Made by a program: the position numbers and the translations under genes
The notes under the pieces: model-generated
Seen by the model: the letters and a program-made list of their open reading frames with translations, nothing else
What the model was told of the DNA's origin: nothing
Databases searched by the model: none
Assembly: GCA_038245785.1 (NCBI GenBank)
Contig: JBBRSB010000026.1
Coordinates: forward strand, 1 to 64,000
Reading direction: 5' to 3'
DNA length: 64,000 nt
Source of the DNA: Gloeobacterales cyanobacterium
Lineage (GTDB): Bacteria; Cyanobacteriota; Cyanobacteriia; Gloeobacterales; PMM-0068
Shown here: piece after piece, positions 30,341 through 39,174 of the stretch
How the letters are laid out: each line of letters opens with the position of its first letter
How positions within the stretch are numbered: the stretch's first letter is position 1

Positions 30341-30631
30341 CTAGTCGGCAGCATCTTCTTTGGTAGAGTCATAGGTGATGCGGTCGAGACGATCATTGGC
30401 ATCTTTAGCAAACTGGATACTTCGCACTGTGGATACCAAGCCTCCGGCAGTGGTGACTGCTCCCTCTGTAACTTTGCCGCTCAAGAGTAGTCCGGCTCCC
30501 CCTAAGCTAATGCAGGTAGAGGTAGCGATAGTAAACAGAGCAAGATTAAAACTATGGCGGGCTTGGCGAATACGTTCTTGGAGAATGAGATCTTCGGGTG
30601 GGGTGGGTTGAGGTTGAGAAAGCTGAGACAT
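30341..30631 (-). CDS. Two-TM membrane protein (TRADD-N-associated membrane domain-like)
   Basis: QERIRQARHSFNLAL...GAGLLLSGKVTEGAVTTAGGL...AKDANDRLD; divergent from the NACHT gene. Confidence 0.7.
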   Translation of the reverse strand: MSQLSQPQPTPPEDLILQERIRQARHSFNLALFTIATSTCISLGGAGLLLSGKVTEGAVTTAGGLVSTVRSIQFAKDANDRLDRITYDSTKEDAAD

Positions 30632-30787
30632 GACAGTTGATATCCGTTGAATCTATGTCTTCAGTATCAAGGAAAATTCTGGAGACTCTGTCTAGGTAAT
30701 GCTTTCAGCTTGAACAACTTATGTCGCCAAGTTGTGTAACTTTTGTGTAAGTGGTTACAATTAGCTCGGATTTGCTGGTATGGATAT

Positions 30788-33226
30788 ATGACAGGACGAG
30801 CAAAGCGATCGATTGCAGCGACGCCGGAAGGATTAAAGCAAATCACGAAGAAACGGGAGACAAGTGGGAAAACTGCCGAAGTGATTGGCGACCTAGTTAG
30901 TGTATCGCGAAGCTCGGCACAGAAGTTTTTTTCGGGGAAACCCATTGCTGTAGAGAATTTTCAAAAGCTTTGTAAGGAACTGAATCTGGACTGGGAGGAG
31001 ATTGCTGGGCTAAGGCAGCTAGAGCAACCAGCCACGTCCCATTCATCAGTGTCACCAATTACCCCCACAGAGTTAGAGGCGCTGGTACAGCAGGCACGCG
31101 AACGCGGGTGTAAGGATATTGAGAAGCGCTGTGGAACGATGCGCGTGTTGGATATGAACCAGCCGATTGGCTTGGGAGCGATCTATACCGACGTGAACAT
31201 TCTAGAGAAGATTACGGGGAAAACTCGACGGGATTTAGCTGAGTTGATGCAAGGGTGTACGGCAGAGAATTTTGATCGATTCTCTTTAGGGGAGGTACGT
31301 GAAAAGCGGGTGGATGGGCTGGAAGCGGTACAGGCAAAAAAGCAATTAATGATTTTGGGGCGACCGGGAGCGGGTAAAACTACTTTTCTCAAGCGATTGG
31401 CAACATTATGCAACCAAGGGGAGTTTTTGCTAGAGCAGGTGCCGATTTTTGTCACATTGAAGGAGTTTGCTGAAACGATTAATCAACCAGGGTTGCTGGA
31501 TTTTATCACGCATAACTTATCACCTCAGATAGAAATAGCAGTAGTAGATAACTTTCTAAGACAAGGGCGAGGGTTAGTATTACTAGATGGGTTAGATGAG
31601 GTGCTGGAGAAAGACCATGACCGGGTGCTACAAGAAATTCGGGAGTTCGCTCGGTACTATGACCAATCACACATCATCATTACTTGCAGAATTGCGGCAC
31701 AGGAATACGTATTTGAACAGTTTACTGATGTGGAGATGGCAGATTTTAATGATAAGCAGATCCAAGATTTTGCCGACAAGTGGTTTAAAGCAAAGGAACC
31801 AGAAAAACTGGATATAGTAGGTAAATCGACCATTGCTCAGTTATTTTGGCAAGCGCTTGAAGAGCAAAAACTAATTAAAGAACTGGCGACAAACCCATTG
31901 CTGTTGACGTTGCTATGTTTGGAGTTTAAAGAGTCTTCGAAATTTCCCCAGAGTCGGGCAGAGCTGTATGAGCGGGGATTAAATATTCTGTTGCGCAAGT
32001 GGGATAAACAGCGGCGAATTAAGCGGGATGAAGTGTATAAGGGTCTGCCAATTGAGCACAAAAAAATCATGCTAGGGCATCTGGCAATGCACACCTTTGA
32101 GCGGGGTGAGTATTTCTTTCGGACGAATGTTGCCGAAAAACAGATTGGGCAATACATTCAAAATTTGCCGAATGCCAGCATTGACCCGGATGCACTGCTG
32201 ATAGATAGCCATGCGGTGCTGAAATCAATTGAATCTCAGCATGGGTTACTCACAGAACGGGCAACGGATATCTATTCGTTTTCACATCTAACGTTTCATG
32301 AATATTTCGCGGCAAAAAATATTTTAGATACGTCTGATGCGGATCATCGGAAAGCGGCATTGGATCGGTTAGCAGGATATATTACCGAGAAGCGTTGGCG
32401 CGAAGTGTTTCTGTTGGTAGTGGAGCGAATGGAGAATGCTGATTACTTACTAACGGTGATGCTGCAACAGATTAACTCGATATTGGCAGAAGATGAAGCC
32501 CTGCAACGGTTTCTGAATTGGGTCAGCGAAAAGGCAACTTCAGTAGACACACCTTATAAAACTGCTTCAATTCGAGCGTTTTACCTCGATCTCTCCCTTG
32601 ACCGCGCCCTCGACCTCTCCCTCGACCTCGCCCTCAACCGCGCCGAAAACCTCGACCGCAACCTCGACCTCTCCCTCGACCTCGCCCTCAACCTCAACCG
32701 CGCCCTCAACCTCAACCCCAACCTCGACCTCGCCGAAAACCGCGCCAAAAACCTCGACCTCGACCTCGACCTCTCCCTCGACCTCGCCCTCGACCTCGCT
32801 CTCGCCCTCAACTGCAACCTCGACCTCTTCCTCAACCGCAGCCTCACCCTCGCCCTCAACCGCAACCTCGCCCGCGCTCTCAACCTCGACCTCGACCCCG
32901 AATTGCAGCGTGCGTTGCAAGTACTTCGAAACCAGCTACCACCCCGACCGCAAAACGCAGAAGAATTTGAACAATGGTGGAGAACTCAAGGGCAAGCATG
33001 GTGGAGAACTCAAGGGCAAGCATGGATAGAAAAACTTAGAGCCGCGATGAATGAGTATCGAAAACTTGGGCATGATTGGAAATTCAGCACTGAACAGATA
33101 AACAAACTCAACCAGTATTACACTGCCAATTTGTTGTTAGTTGAGTGTCTGAAGCGTGCTGATTCACCTAAGGAGGAGGAGGCGCGGCAACGGATTGAGG
33201 ACGGTATGCTGTTGCCAATGGGTTAG
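30788..33226 (+). CDS. NACHT-family STAND NTPase with N-terminal HTH and C-terminal helical/low-complexity region
   Basis: Walker A GRPGAGKTT, Walker B LLDGLDEV, ITCR, NPLLLTLLC, FSHLTFHEYF. The ATG at 30788 was chosen. Confidence 0.92.
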   Translation: MTGRAKRSIAATPEGLKQITKKRETSGKTAEVIGDLVSVSRSSAQKFFSGKPIAVENFQKLCKELNLDWEEIAGLRQLEQPATSHSSVSPITPTELEALVQQARERGCKDIEKRCGTMRVLDMNQPIGLGAIYTDVNILEKITGKTRRDLAELMQGCTAENFDRFSLGEVREKRVDGLEAVQAKKQLMILGRPGAGKTTFLKRLATLCNQGEFLLEQVPIFVTLKEFAETINQPGLLDFITHNLSPQIEIAVVDNFLRQGRGLVLLDGLDEVLEKDHDRVLQEIREFARYYDQSHIIITCRIAAQEYVFEQFTDVEMADFNDKQIQDFADKWFKAKEPEKLDIVGKSTIAQLFWQALEEQKLIKELATNPLLLTLLCLEFKESSKFPQSRAELYERGLNILLRKWDKQRRIKRDEVYKGLPIEHKKIMLGHLAMHTFERGEYFFRTNVAEKQIGQYIQNLPNASIDPDALLIDSHAVLKSIESQHGLLTERATDIYSFSHLTFHEYFAAKNILDTSDADHRKAALDRLAGYITEKRWREVFLLVVERMENADYLLTVMLQQINSILAEDEALQRFLNWVSEKATSVDTPYKTASIRAFYLDLSLDRALDLSLDLALNRAENLDRNLDLSLDLALNLNRALNLNPNLDLAENRAKNLDLDLDLSLDLALDLALALNCNLDLFLNRSLTLALNRNLARALNLDLDPELQRALQVLRNQLPPRPQNAEEFEQWWRTQGQAWWRTQGQAWIEKLRAAMNEYRKLGHDWKFSTEQINKLNQYYTANLLLVECLKRADSPKEEEARQRIEDGMLLPMG
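32584..32899 (+). repeat. C-rich hexamer tandem tract (CTCGAC/CTCAAC/CTCGCC) encoding LDL-type repeats
   Basis: Directly visible, in frame within the NACHT gene. Confidence 0.95.
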
Positions 33227-33322
33227 CTCGTTGCCTTCCGCTATAACTCAACCGTCCTGGCCTAGTGAATCTTCGTCGTGTCCTTTTTGAGACTTATGAA
33301 CATCCACCAGATTTTTGAAATG

Positions 33323-33562
33323 CTAATGCAAAAAGTGACGAATTCCAGTGAGGAAAATAAACAAACCGAGTTCATCACAAGCCATAACCTGAAATGACGC
33401 TGTAGTATAGAGAGTACAAAGAAAAATCAGCCCATGACGATTGAAATTAAAATGTCTCCGGAGCTAGAGCGCCAGTTACATCAGGCGGCAGAGCAAGCTG
33501 GCGTTACACCAGATATGTACGTTGTTCACCTGCTGCAACAAGATCTTAAGCAATCCCATCCC
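33323..33562 (+). repeat. 240-bp direct repeat, copy B
   Basis: Colinear with 28834..29073. 33306..33382 also matches 37569..37645, including sequence past the purH stop. Confidence 0.92.
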
Positions 33563-33847
33563 CATGATGACGTTCGAAGACTACCTCGTGATCAAGCTGA
33601 ACTACTTCAGCGAATTAATCGCAGCTTGTCTCCTGTTGAGTGGCAACGCTATCATGAACTTCAGGAAAAACGCCACGCTGAGCTATTAACCTCACAAGAA
33701 CAAGCCGAGTTGATAAGATTTTCTGACCAAATTGAAGAAATCAACGCACACCGTATTCAAGATTTAGTGGAATTGGCTCAAATCCGGCACACAACACTTA
33801 ATGACCTTATCGTTGAACTAGGGTTGAAACCGATACCTCATGCCTGA
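33434..33847 (+). CDS. Antitoxin-like protein (helical C-terminus); partner gene truncated
   Basis: First 43 aa are near-identical to those of the 28945 ORF. C-terminus is LLQRIN..L....WQRYHEL.EKR..ELLT.QEQAELI. An overlapping ATG at 33840 gives only 12 aa. Confidence 0.7.
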   Translation: MTIEIKMSPELERQLHQAAEQAGVTPDMYVVHLLQQDLKQSHPHDDVRRLPRDQAELLQRINRSLSPVEWQRYHELQEKRHAELLTSQEQAELIRFSDQIEEINAHRIQDLVELAQIRHTTLNDLIVELGLKPIPHA

Positions 33848-33909
33848 AGGCCGTCTAAAGAACAAGCACGCAGGTTAACCTGAAAACTTACTGATCACCA
33901 TATATGGCT

Positions 33910-35769
33910 TTAGAGAGGTATAAGTTTATTCTCATCATTAAACTCTGCAAATACATATTCACGAGCAATCTCTGGAACAGTATTGTCAGACACAATAATT
34001 TGCAAACGATTCTGATGTTGCTGACTGATCCGAATGATATAGGCATACATGGCTTCAATACGTTCAAGATCTGGCCCATCATAGCCAATATTACTGGACA
34101 GACCATCAATTAGCAAAATGTTGGGGAGTTTTAAATCGAAATGCATACAAGTTAGTTGGTGTGCCAAAGCATGAGCAGTATTGACCATTGTCTTGAGACC
34201 TTGAGACTCCAACTCATCAAAACGTCTTCCCTCGAAGAGAGGTAAATACGTTTTGCGATCAATGATTGATGGTCCCGGATCCGCAAAAGATGGCACTCGA
34301 ATTTCTTGTAAGATTTCTTGATAAGTGCTGTTCAGAAAACTTATATAGCTTTCAAACTCTGAAGCTCGGCTATTAGCTAAATCAATAGCTACGTCCAACT
34401 CTTCGAGACGGGATGTTAATTGTGCAATACCACTGGTAGTCTGATCTTGTCGATTATATAGTCCAAGATACTCTTCTAAACGTTGCTTTTGCTCTTGCAA
34501 TTGAGTGCGGTGTTGCTCCACCTGCGCGATTTGCTCTGCTTGTTCAGAAACATAGCGGCGAGAACGATGGTTTATCTCGGAGGATAAGGTTTGGCGATAC
34601 GCAGCTAGCTGAGTGATTTCCTGTTCAATCCTACCAACTGTAGTGCGATGTGCGTCCACTAGTTCAACGGTTTCGGTGATTTGTTGTTCTAGACGGTCTT
34701 GTTCCTTTATTAAATCGGTTTGGGTGATTTGAGGCTCTGGTTTTTGCAAGCACAGATAGCAAGTTTCTGGTTCGGTTCGGGATGGTTGAATAGGAGAGCC
34801 ACAACGAGGGCAAGACAGGAAATCAAAATCCAGTAAATAGTTTCCTGCCACGATCGACTTGGTAAGTCTGGCACTTTGGGTGTGTAGTTGGGCGATGAGG
34901 CCTTGCTTCTGTTCGAGACTGTACTGCTCATACTGGAGATTCTGGTGAAGTTTATCCAATTTTTGCTGTACTTCTAAAAGATTATGACGCAACTCATCTG
35001 TGTTTGTATAACCTCTGATTTCCTGTGCTAGAGTTTCTGAATCCGAATATGCTGTTTCCAGCTCACGGATTATATTATTGAGGCTATGGATAATAGTTGC
35101 TCGATTCTCAAATGGTGTTCCTGCAAGAAATTCATCGATGGTTTTAGCATAGTTCTGTAAACGTCTAATTTCACTAACCGTTTCACGACGTTCCATTAGT
35201 AGTTGAGCTACTTCGACATCATACTTGCCGTAAATGACTTCAAAAACGTACTTGCGTTTGTTGTTTTTGAAAGAATTACTATGTCCAAAGACGCTATCAT
35301 CAATTTCATCTTGACGAAGATGACAATACATCATGTAATCATTGATGGACAAAGGTGATGTATCACTGTCATCTTGAGTTGGGGCTGTAGGAACTCTCAG
35401 GGTCGGCAAGTTAAGTTTTTCCAGCAACCAAGTTCCATAGGTCTCTTCATTGGTCTTACCACGCAAAGCTGGTAAACGTCTTGCCTCATTTTTACCAGCG
35501 ATAGAAACCATTGCGTCAATTGTCGTGCTGAAAGGTCTGATAATTTCATAGGAATTATCACCAATAAGAACCTCCCCAGCCAAATTAGTGATGTTCTCTC
35601 GTGCTTCTCTTGAAAAATCTTTAAGTACAGAACCCAATAATCCCCGAAAGCACTTAATCAGTGTTGTCTTGCCAGTTGTGATTGAACCTGTCACGATATT
35701 TAAACCGGGTTTCAGAGAAAATTCACGCCCAGCACCTAGCAAGTTGATCTTATTGATAGCCATTTTCAT
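33910..35769 (-). CDS. SMC/Rad50-like ABC ATPase (Lamassu LmuB-like)
   Basis: Walker A GSITTGKT, coiled coils, central CPRC/CYLC zinc-hook-like motif, SQG signature and Walker B ILLIDG. Confidence 0.85.
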   Translation of the reverse strand: MKMAINKINLLGAGREFSLKPGLNIVTGSITTGKTTLIKCFRGLLGSVLKDFSREARENITNLAGEVLIGDNSYEIIRPFSTTIDAMVSIAGKNEARRLPALRGKTNEETYGTWLLEKLNLPTLRVPTAPTQDDSDTSPLSINDYMMYCHLRQDEIDDSVFGHSNSFKNNKRKYVFEVIYGKYDVEVAQLLMERRETVSEIRRLQNYAKTIDEFLAGTPFENRATIIHSLNNIIRELETAYSDSETLAQEIRGYTNTDELRHNLLEVQQKLDKLHQNLQYEQYSLEQKQGLIAQLHTQSARLTKSIVAGNYLLDFDFLSCPRCGSPIQPSRTEPETCYLCLQKPEPQITQTDLIKEQDRLEQQITETVELVDAHRTTVGRIEQEITQLAAYRQTLSSEINHRSRRYVSEQAEQIAQVEQHRTQLQEQKQRLEEYLGLYNRQDQTTSGIAQLTSRLEELDVAIDLANSRASEFESYISFLNSTYQEILQEIRVPSFADPGPSIIDRKTYLPLFEGRRFDELESQGLKTMVNTAHALAHQLTCMHFDLKLPNILLIDGLSSNIGYDGPDLERIEAMYAYIIRISQQHQNRLQIIVSDNTVPEIAREYVFAEFNDENKLIPL

Positions 35770-36284
35770 AGTTCTTGACCCCAGGAAGCACTAGTAACTT
35801 CGGGAAAGTGTTTATAGATAAAATCCTTGAGCGTACTACCGGAAAGATTGAAATTCTGTTTTAAAAGTTTGATACGTAGGCTAGTTTCTGACCAACTATC
35901 TTCCTTTGCAAGAGCTTTGGCAATTTGACTACCTCGCTCTGTGGTGCGATAACTCAAGCCTAGCTTATTAGGTACTATTTCAATTAGCCCTTTACCAATA
36001 AGTCTACCGAGTATAGCGTAGTATGATGGATCCCAAGGACCGTAACGATATCGAATCATGCGCCCCTCAATATTATGCTGTTCTTCAAAAGCTACTTCCA
36101 TAACTTGATTTGACGTGCGAATGGCTAGGGCACGTTGCATGAAGCTAGGATAGCGTAGCAGAAAATTAAGTTTAGCTAACTTGGTTCTGCCTTCTAGAGA
36201 TTGGGTTGTTGTAGTAAAAGCATTAATAAGCAGCAAGATGCGCGCTTCACTCTCAATAGAAGGTTGAAATAGTTCTTTACGCAA
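35766..36284 (-). CDS. ABC three-component middle protein (LmuC-like)
   Basis: 172 aa, overlapping both neighbours. Motifs KLAKLNFLLRYP and RYRYGPWD with a wHTH-like pattern. Confidence 0.75.
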   Translation of the reverse strand: MRKELFQPSIESEARILLLINAFTTTTQSLEGRTKLAKLNFLLRYPSFMQRALAIRTSNQVMEVAFEEQHNIEGRMIRYRYGPWDPSYYAILGRLIGKGLIEIVPNKLGLSYRTTERGSQIAKALAKEDSWSETSLRIKLLKQNFNLSGSTLKDFIYKHFPEVTSASWGQEL

Positions 36285-37428
36285 TTTTTACCCCCCAATC
36301 AATGTGGCACTCATCAGAAAGTCTACAGGCTGCACCCATTAACAGAAAAGTTTCCTGTTTATATATGAGATTGGGATCAAGAAATTCCTTCTTTTGAGTT
36401 AACTCATTGAGAACTTCTCTCCAGATAATCTTGGCTGGCTTTTCTGATTCATCATGGCTTTCTACAATTGAATTTATGATTGTTTGAATTCGAATCTGTA
36501 CATCCGTAATTTTTTCTTCCTCATTTAAAAATCCAGATGCTAGAACTTCAGTTTCGCGGATACAGGCATTAGCTCGTAAGTTTTTCGCATCTTTAATAAT
36601 TCTGTCAGTAGCTCCGCCCGCAATAAGTTTCTTTTCTAGATTAGTTGGAGTTGGCGATTCAAGATCAATAATTCTCTGTAATAGAGGATAATTGCCATTA
36701 GTCAAAGAACCCAGAATAACACTGATACTTTGAGCAGTAAGACGTTTAGACTCTATCTTTAATTTGATTTCAGTTTCAACATCTTGTCCTTGTACAATGT
36801 AATTGTACAAGGAGTTACCTAAGCAATCACAGTGCATTGCGCGATAAATTTCATCCGTAAGATTCCTCTCTATCGTTTCAATTTCAATGATCGAAGTCTT
36901 TGCTGAAATCTTGCCAATCAGGTGAATATTGTGTGAGGTAATGTTTGCTCGAGGTGTTTGATTAGGATGAACAGTGACAACTTTGAGAAAAGTCCTGCAA
37001 TCAGAATCATTAATTTTAAGTGCTTGAGATATTTTCTCCACAAAACTATCTGAAATATCTTTTTTGGTTGGAACCAAAGTATTAAGATCGTCTCCTGCTG
37101 ATATTGCTCCTTCGATAAAGAGACTATATTTAGCCTCTATATGAGATGTCTCATTAAAAGCACGGTACAGACTTTTTAAACCATCTATGGCCTCCGGTAG
37201 TTTCCAGTGCCCTCGATTTGCATTTCGGGTTTTGACTTGAATGAAATGCCAGTAATTATCGTACTCAACGACAATATCTTCAAAGTGCTCCATGATAACA
37301 GAGCGCACTTCTTCCTTGCGAGCACATGCCAGACAGAATGGTAGAGCAAGCTGAGCTTGATAACGAAACCTTCGCAGTGTCTCGGTACCTGTATCATCGG
37401 GCGGTGTCTGATTGAGAAGATTTTTCAT
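36277..37428 (-). CDS. Cap4/DUF4297-like dsDNA endonuclease effector (LmuA-like)
   Basis: RFRYQ...EHFEDIVV...FIQVKT, a PD-(D/E)xK-type motif. The C-terminal domain ends L.DEC.IDW. Confidence 0.82.
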   Translation of the reverse strand: MKNLLNQTPPDDTGTETLRRFRYQAQLALPFCLACARKEEVRSVIMEHFEDIVVEYDNYWHFIQVKTRNANRGHWKLPEAIDGLKSLYRAFNETSHIEAKYSLFIEGAISAGDDLNTLVPTKKDISDSFVEKISQALKINDSDCRTFLKVVTVHPNQTPRANITSHNIHLIGKISAKTSIIEIETIERNLTDEIYRAMHCDCLGNSLYNYIVQGQDVETEIKLKIESKRLTAQSISVILGSLTNGNYPLLQRIIDLESPTPTNLEKKLIAGGATDRIIKDAKNLRANACIRETEVLASGFLNEEEKITDVQIRIQTIINSIVESHDESEKPAKIIWREVLNELTQKKEFLDPNLIYKQETFLLMGAACRLSDECHIDWGVKIA

Positions 37429-37585
37429 CGCGTGCTGTTATGGAAGTCGCGGACAAAGCTAAGTATCTCATTGCAAGGAACGGATAGCTAAAAGGAACCA
37501 TTAGCTTTCAATTCTTGCTTTTATGCAGTGGAAACAGAAGCCTTACTTTTTAGGATTTGTGAAAATTTACCAGATTTTTGAAGCG

Positions 37586-39133
37586 CTAATGCAAAAAGTG
37601 GCGAATTCCGGTGAGGACCATGACCAAACCAAGTTCATCACAGGCTTTGATTGAATCTTGGTCACGCACACTGCCCCCTGGCTGCACAATCGCCCAAATT
37701 CCTTGAGCGGCAGCGGCGCGAACCGTGTCATCGAAAGGGAAGAAGCCATCGCTGGCTAGGACTGCTCCTTGAGCTTTTTCTCCCGCTTGCGTAAGCGCCA
37801 ATTGGGCAGAACCAACCCGATTCATCTGCCCGGCACCAATCCCCACCGTCTGACCGCCTCGCGTGACAACAATGGCGTTGGATTTGACATGCTTTACACA
37901 GCGCCAAGCGAACAGCAGTTCGGCTAAATCTTCTGGCGTGGGCTTTAGGACGGTGGCTACTTTCCATGTGGACGGGTCAATGGGGGCATTGTCACTGGCT
38001 TGACTAAGCATCCCTCCAGCAATTGGTTTCAAATCCCGTTCTGGGCAATAGCTTAAATCGGGCAATTCTAAAATGCGGAGATTGGTTTTCTTGCTGAGGA
38101 TGGCTAGGGCTTCTGGACTATAGCCTGGAGCAACCACGCATTCTAGAAAAGTGGTTGTTAGGGTTTGGGCTGTGGCTTCATCCACCGATTGGCTAAGCGC
38201 AACAATGCCACCAAAGGCAGAGACAGAATCGGCTTCATAGGCTTTGGTATAGGCCTGATGCAGGGAATCTCCAAGGGCGACGCCGCAGGGATTCATATGC
38301 TTGATAATCACCGCTGCCGCTTGGGAGTCTGCCAAAAATTCAGCCACAATTCGGCGGGAGGCTTCCAAGTCCATCAAATTGTTGAAGCTTAGCTCCTTCC
38401 CCTGATGCTTATGGGCCGTGGTCCACCCTTGAGGAGCGGTGCTATACCAAACAGCAGGTTGATGAGGATTTTCTCCGTAGCGTAGCGCTTGTAATGGAGC
38501 GGCTTCAATCCGCAAAGGCGCTAGCTCCGTCGTCTGTGTCGTGAACCAAGTACTGATCGCCTGGTCGTAGTTCGCCGTGCGGGTAAAAGCTTTCATCGCA
38601 CATTGGCGGCGGAACTCTAGGCTGGGTTTGCCTGCTTGATTCAGTTCTTCTACATAATCCCCATACTGACTGGGGTCTGTCAGCACCGTTACATACTGAT
38701 GATTTTTGGCGGCGGAGCGGGTCAGCGAAGGACCACCAATATCAATATTTTCAATCGCTTCGTCCCAGCTAACATCCGGTTTGGCGACTGTAGCCTCAAA
38801 AGGATAGAGATTTACGACCACCAACTCAATCGGGACAATGCCCTGAGCTGCCATTTGAGCCAGGTCAGAATCCCGGTCTGTGCGCCCTAGAATGCCCCCG
38901 TGCAGCTTGGGATGCAAGGTTTTAACACGACCATCCAGAATTTCGGGAGAACCTGTATAGGCAGAAACCTCCGTCACTGGAATCCCGGCAGCCATCAGCG
39001 CCTTGGCCGTGCCGCCACTGGAAATCAGATGGAACCCAAATTGCTCGACTAAGGCTCGGGCCAGTTCCACCAGCCCCGTCTTATCAGAAACACTTAAAAG
39101 GGCTTGGCGGGGCTTAGTTCCTGCAGTCGTCAT
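37586..39133 (-). CDS. purH: Bifunctional AICAR transformylase/IMP cyclohydrolase
   Basis: ALLSVSDKTG, GRVKTLHP, LRYGENPHQ, ASDGFFPF, TGIRHFLH. Confidence 0.98.
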   Translation of the reverse strand: MTTAGTKPRQALLSVSDKTGLVELARALVEQFGFHLISSGGTAKALMAAGIPVTEVSAYTGSPEILDGRVKTLHPKLHGGILGRTDRDSDLAQMAAQGIVPIELVVVNLYPFEATVAKPDVSWDEAIENIDIGGPSLTRSAAKNHQYVTVLTDPSQYGDYVEELNQAGKPSLEFRRQCAMKAFTRTANYDQAISTWFTTQTTELAPLRIEAAPLQALRYGENPHQPAVWYSTAPQGWTTAHKHQGKELSFNNLMDLEASRRIVAEFLADSQAAAVIIKHMNPCGVALGDSLHQAYTKAYEADSVSAFGGIVALSQSVDEATAQTLTTTFLECVVAPGYSPEALAILSKKTNLRILELPDLSYCPERDLKPIAGGMLSQASDNAPIDPSTWKVATVLKPTPEDLAELLFAWRCVKHVKSNAIVVTRGGQTVGIGAGQMNRVGSAQLALTQAGEKAQGAVLASDGFFPFDDTVRAAAAQGIWAIVQPGGSVRDQDSIKACDELGLVMVLTGIRHFLH

Positions 39134-39174
39134 GCTTAAACTCTGGGAGGATAACCCAACTATTTAAGCGCATC

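Noticed and set aside
32584..32899. CRISPR array
   Set aside because: These are tandem hexamers without unique spacers, they are coding, and no cas genes are present in the window.
32567..33029. Arg/Ser-, Glu/Val- and Ser/Thr-rich ORFs
   Set aside because: These are alternative-frame and antisense readings of the hexamer tract inside the NACHT gene.
28834..37645. Prophage or classical integrase-bearing island, or a DGR template/variable repeat pair
   Set aside because: No integrase, phage or reverse transcriptase genes are present, and differences between the repeat copies are not confined to adenines.
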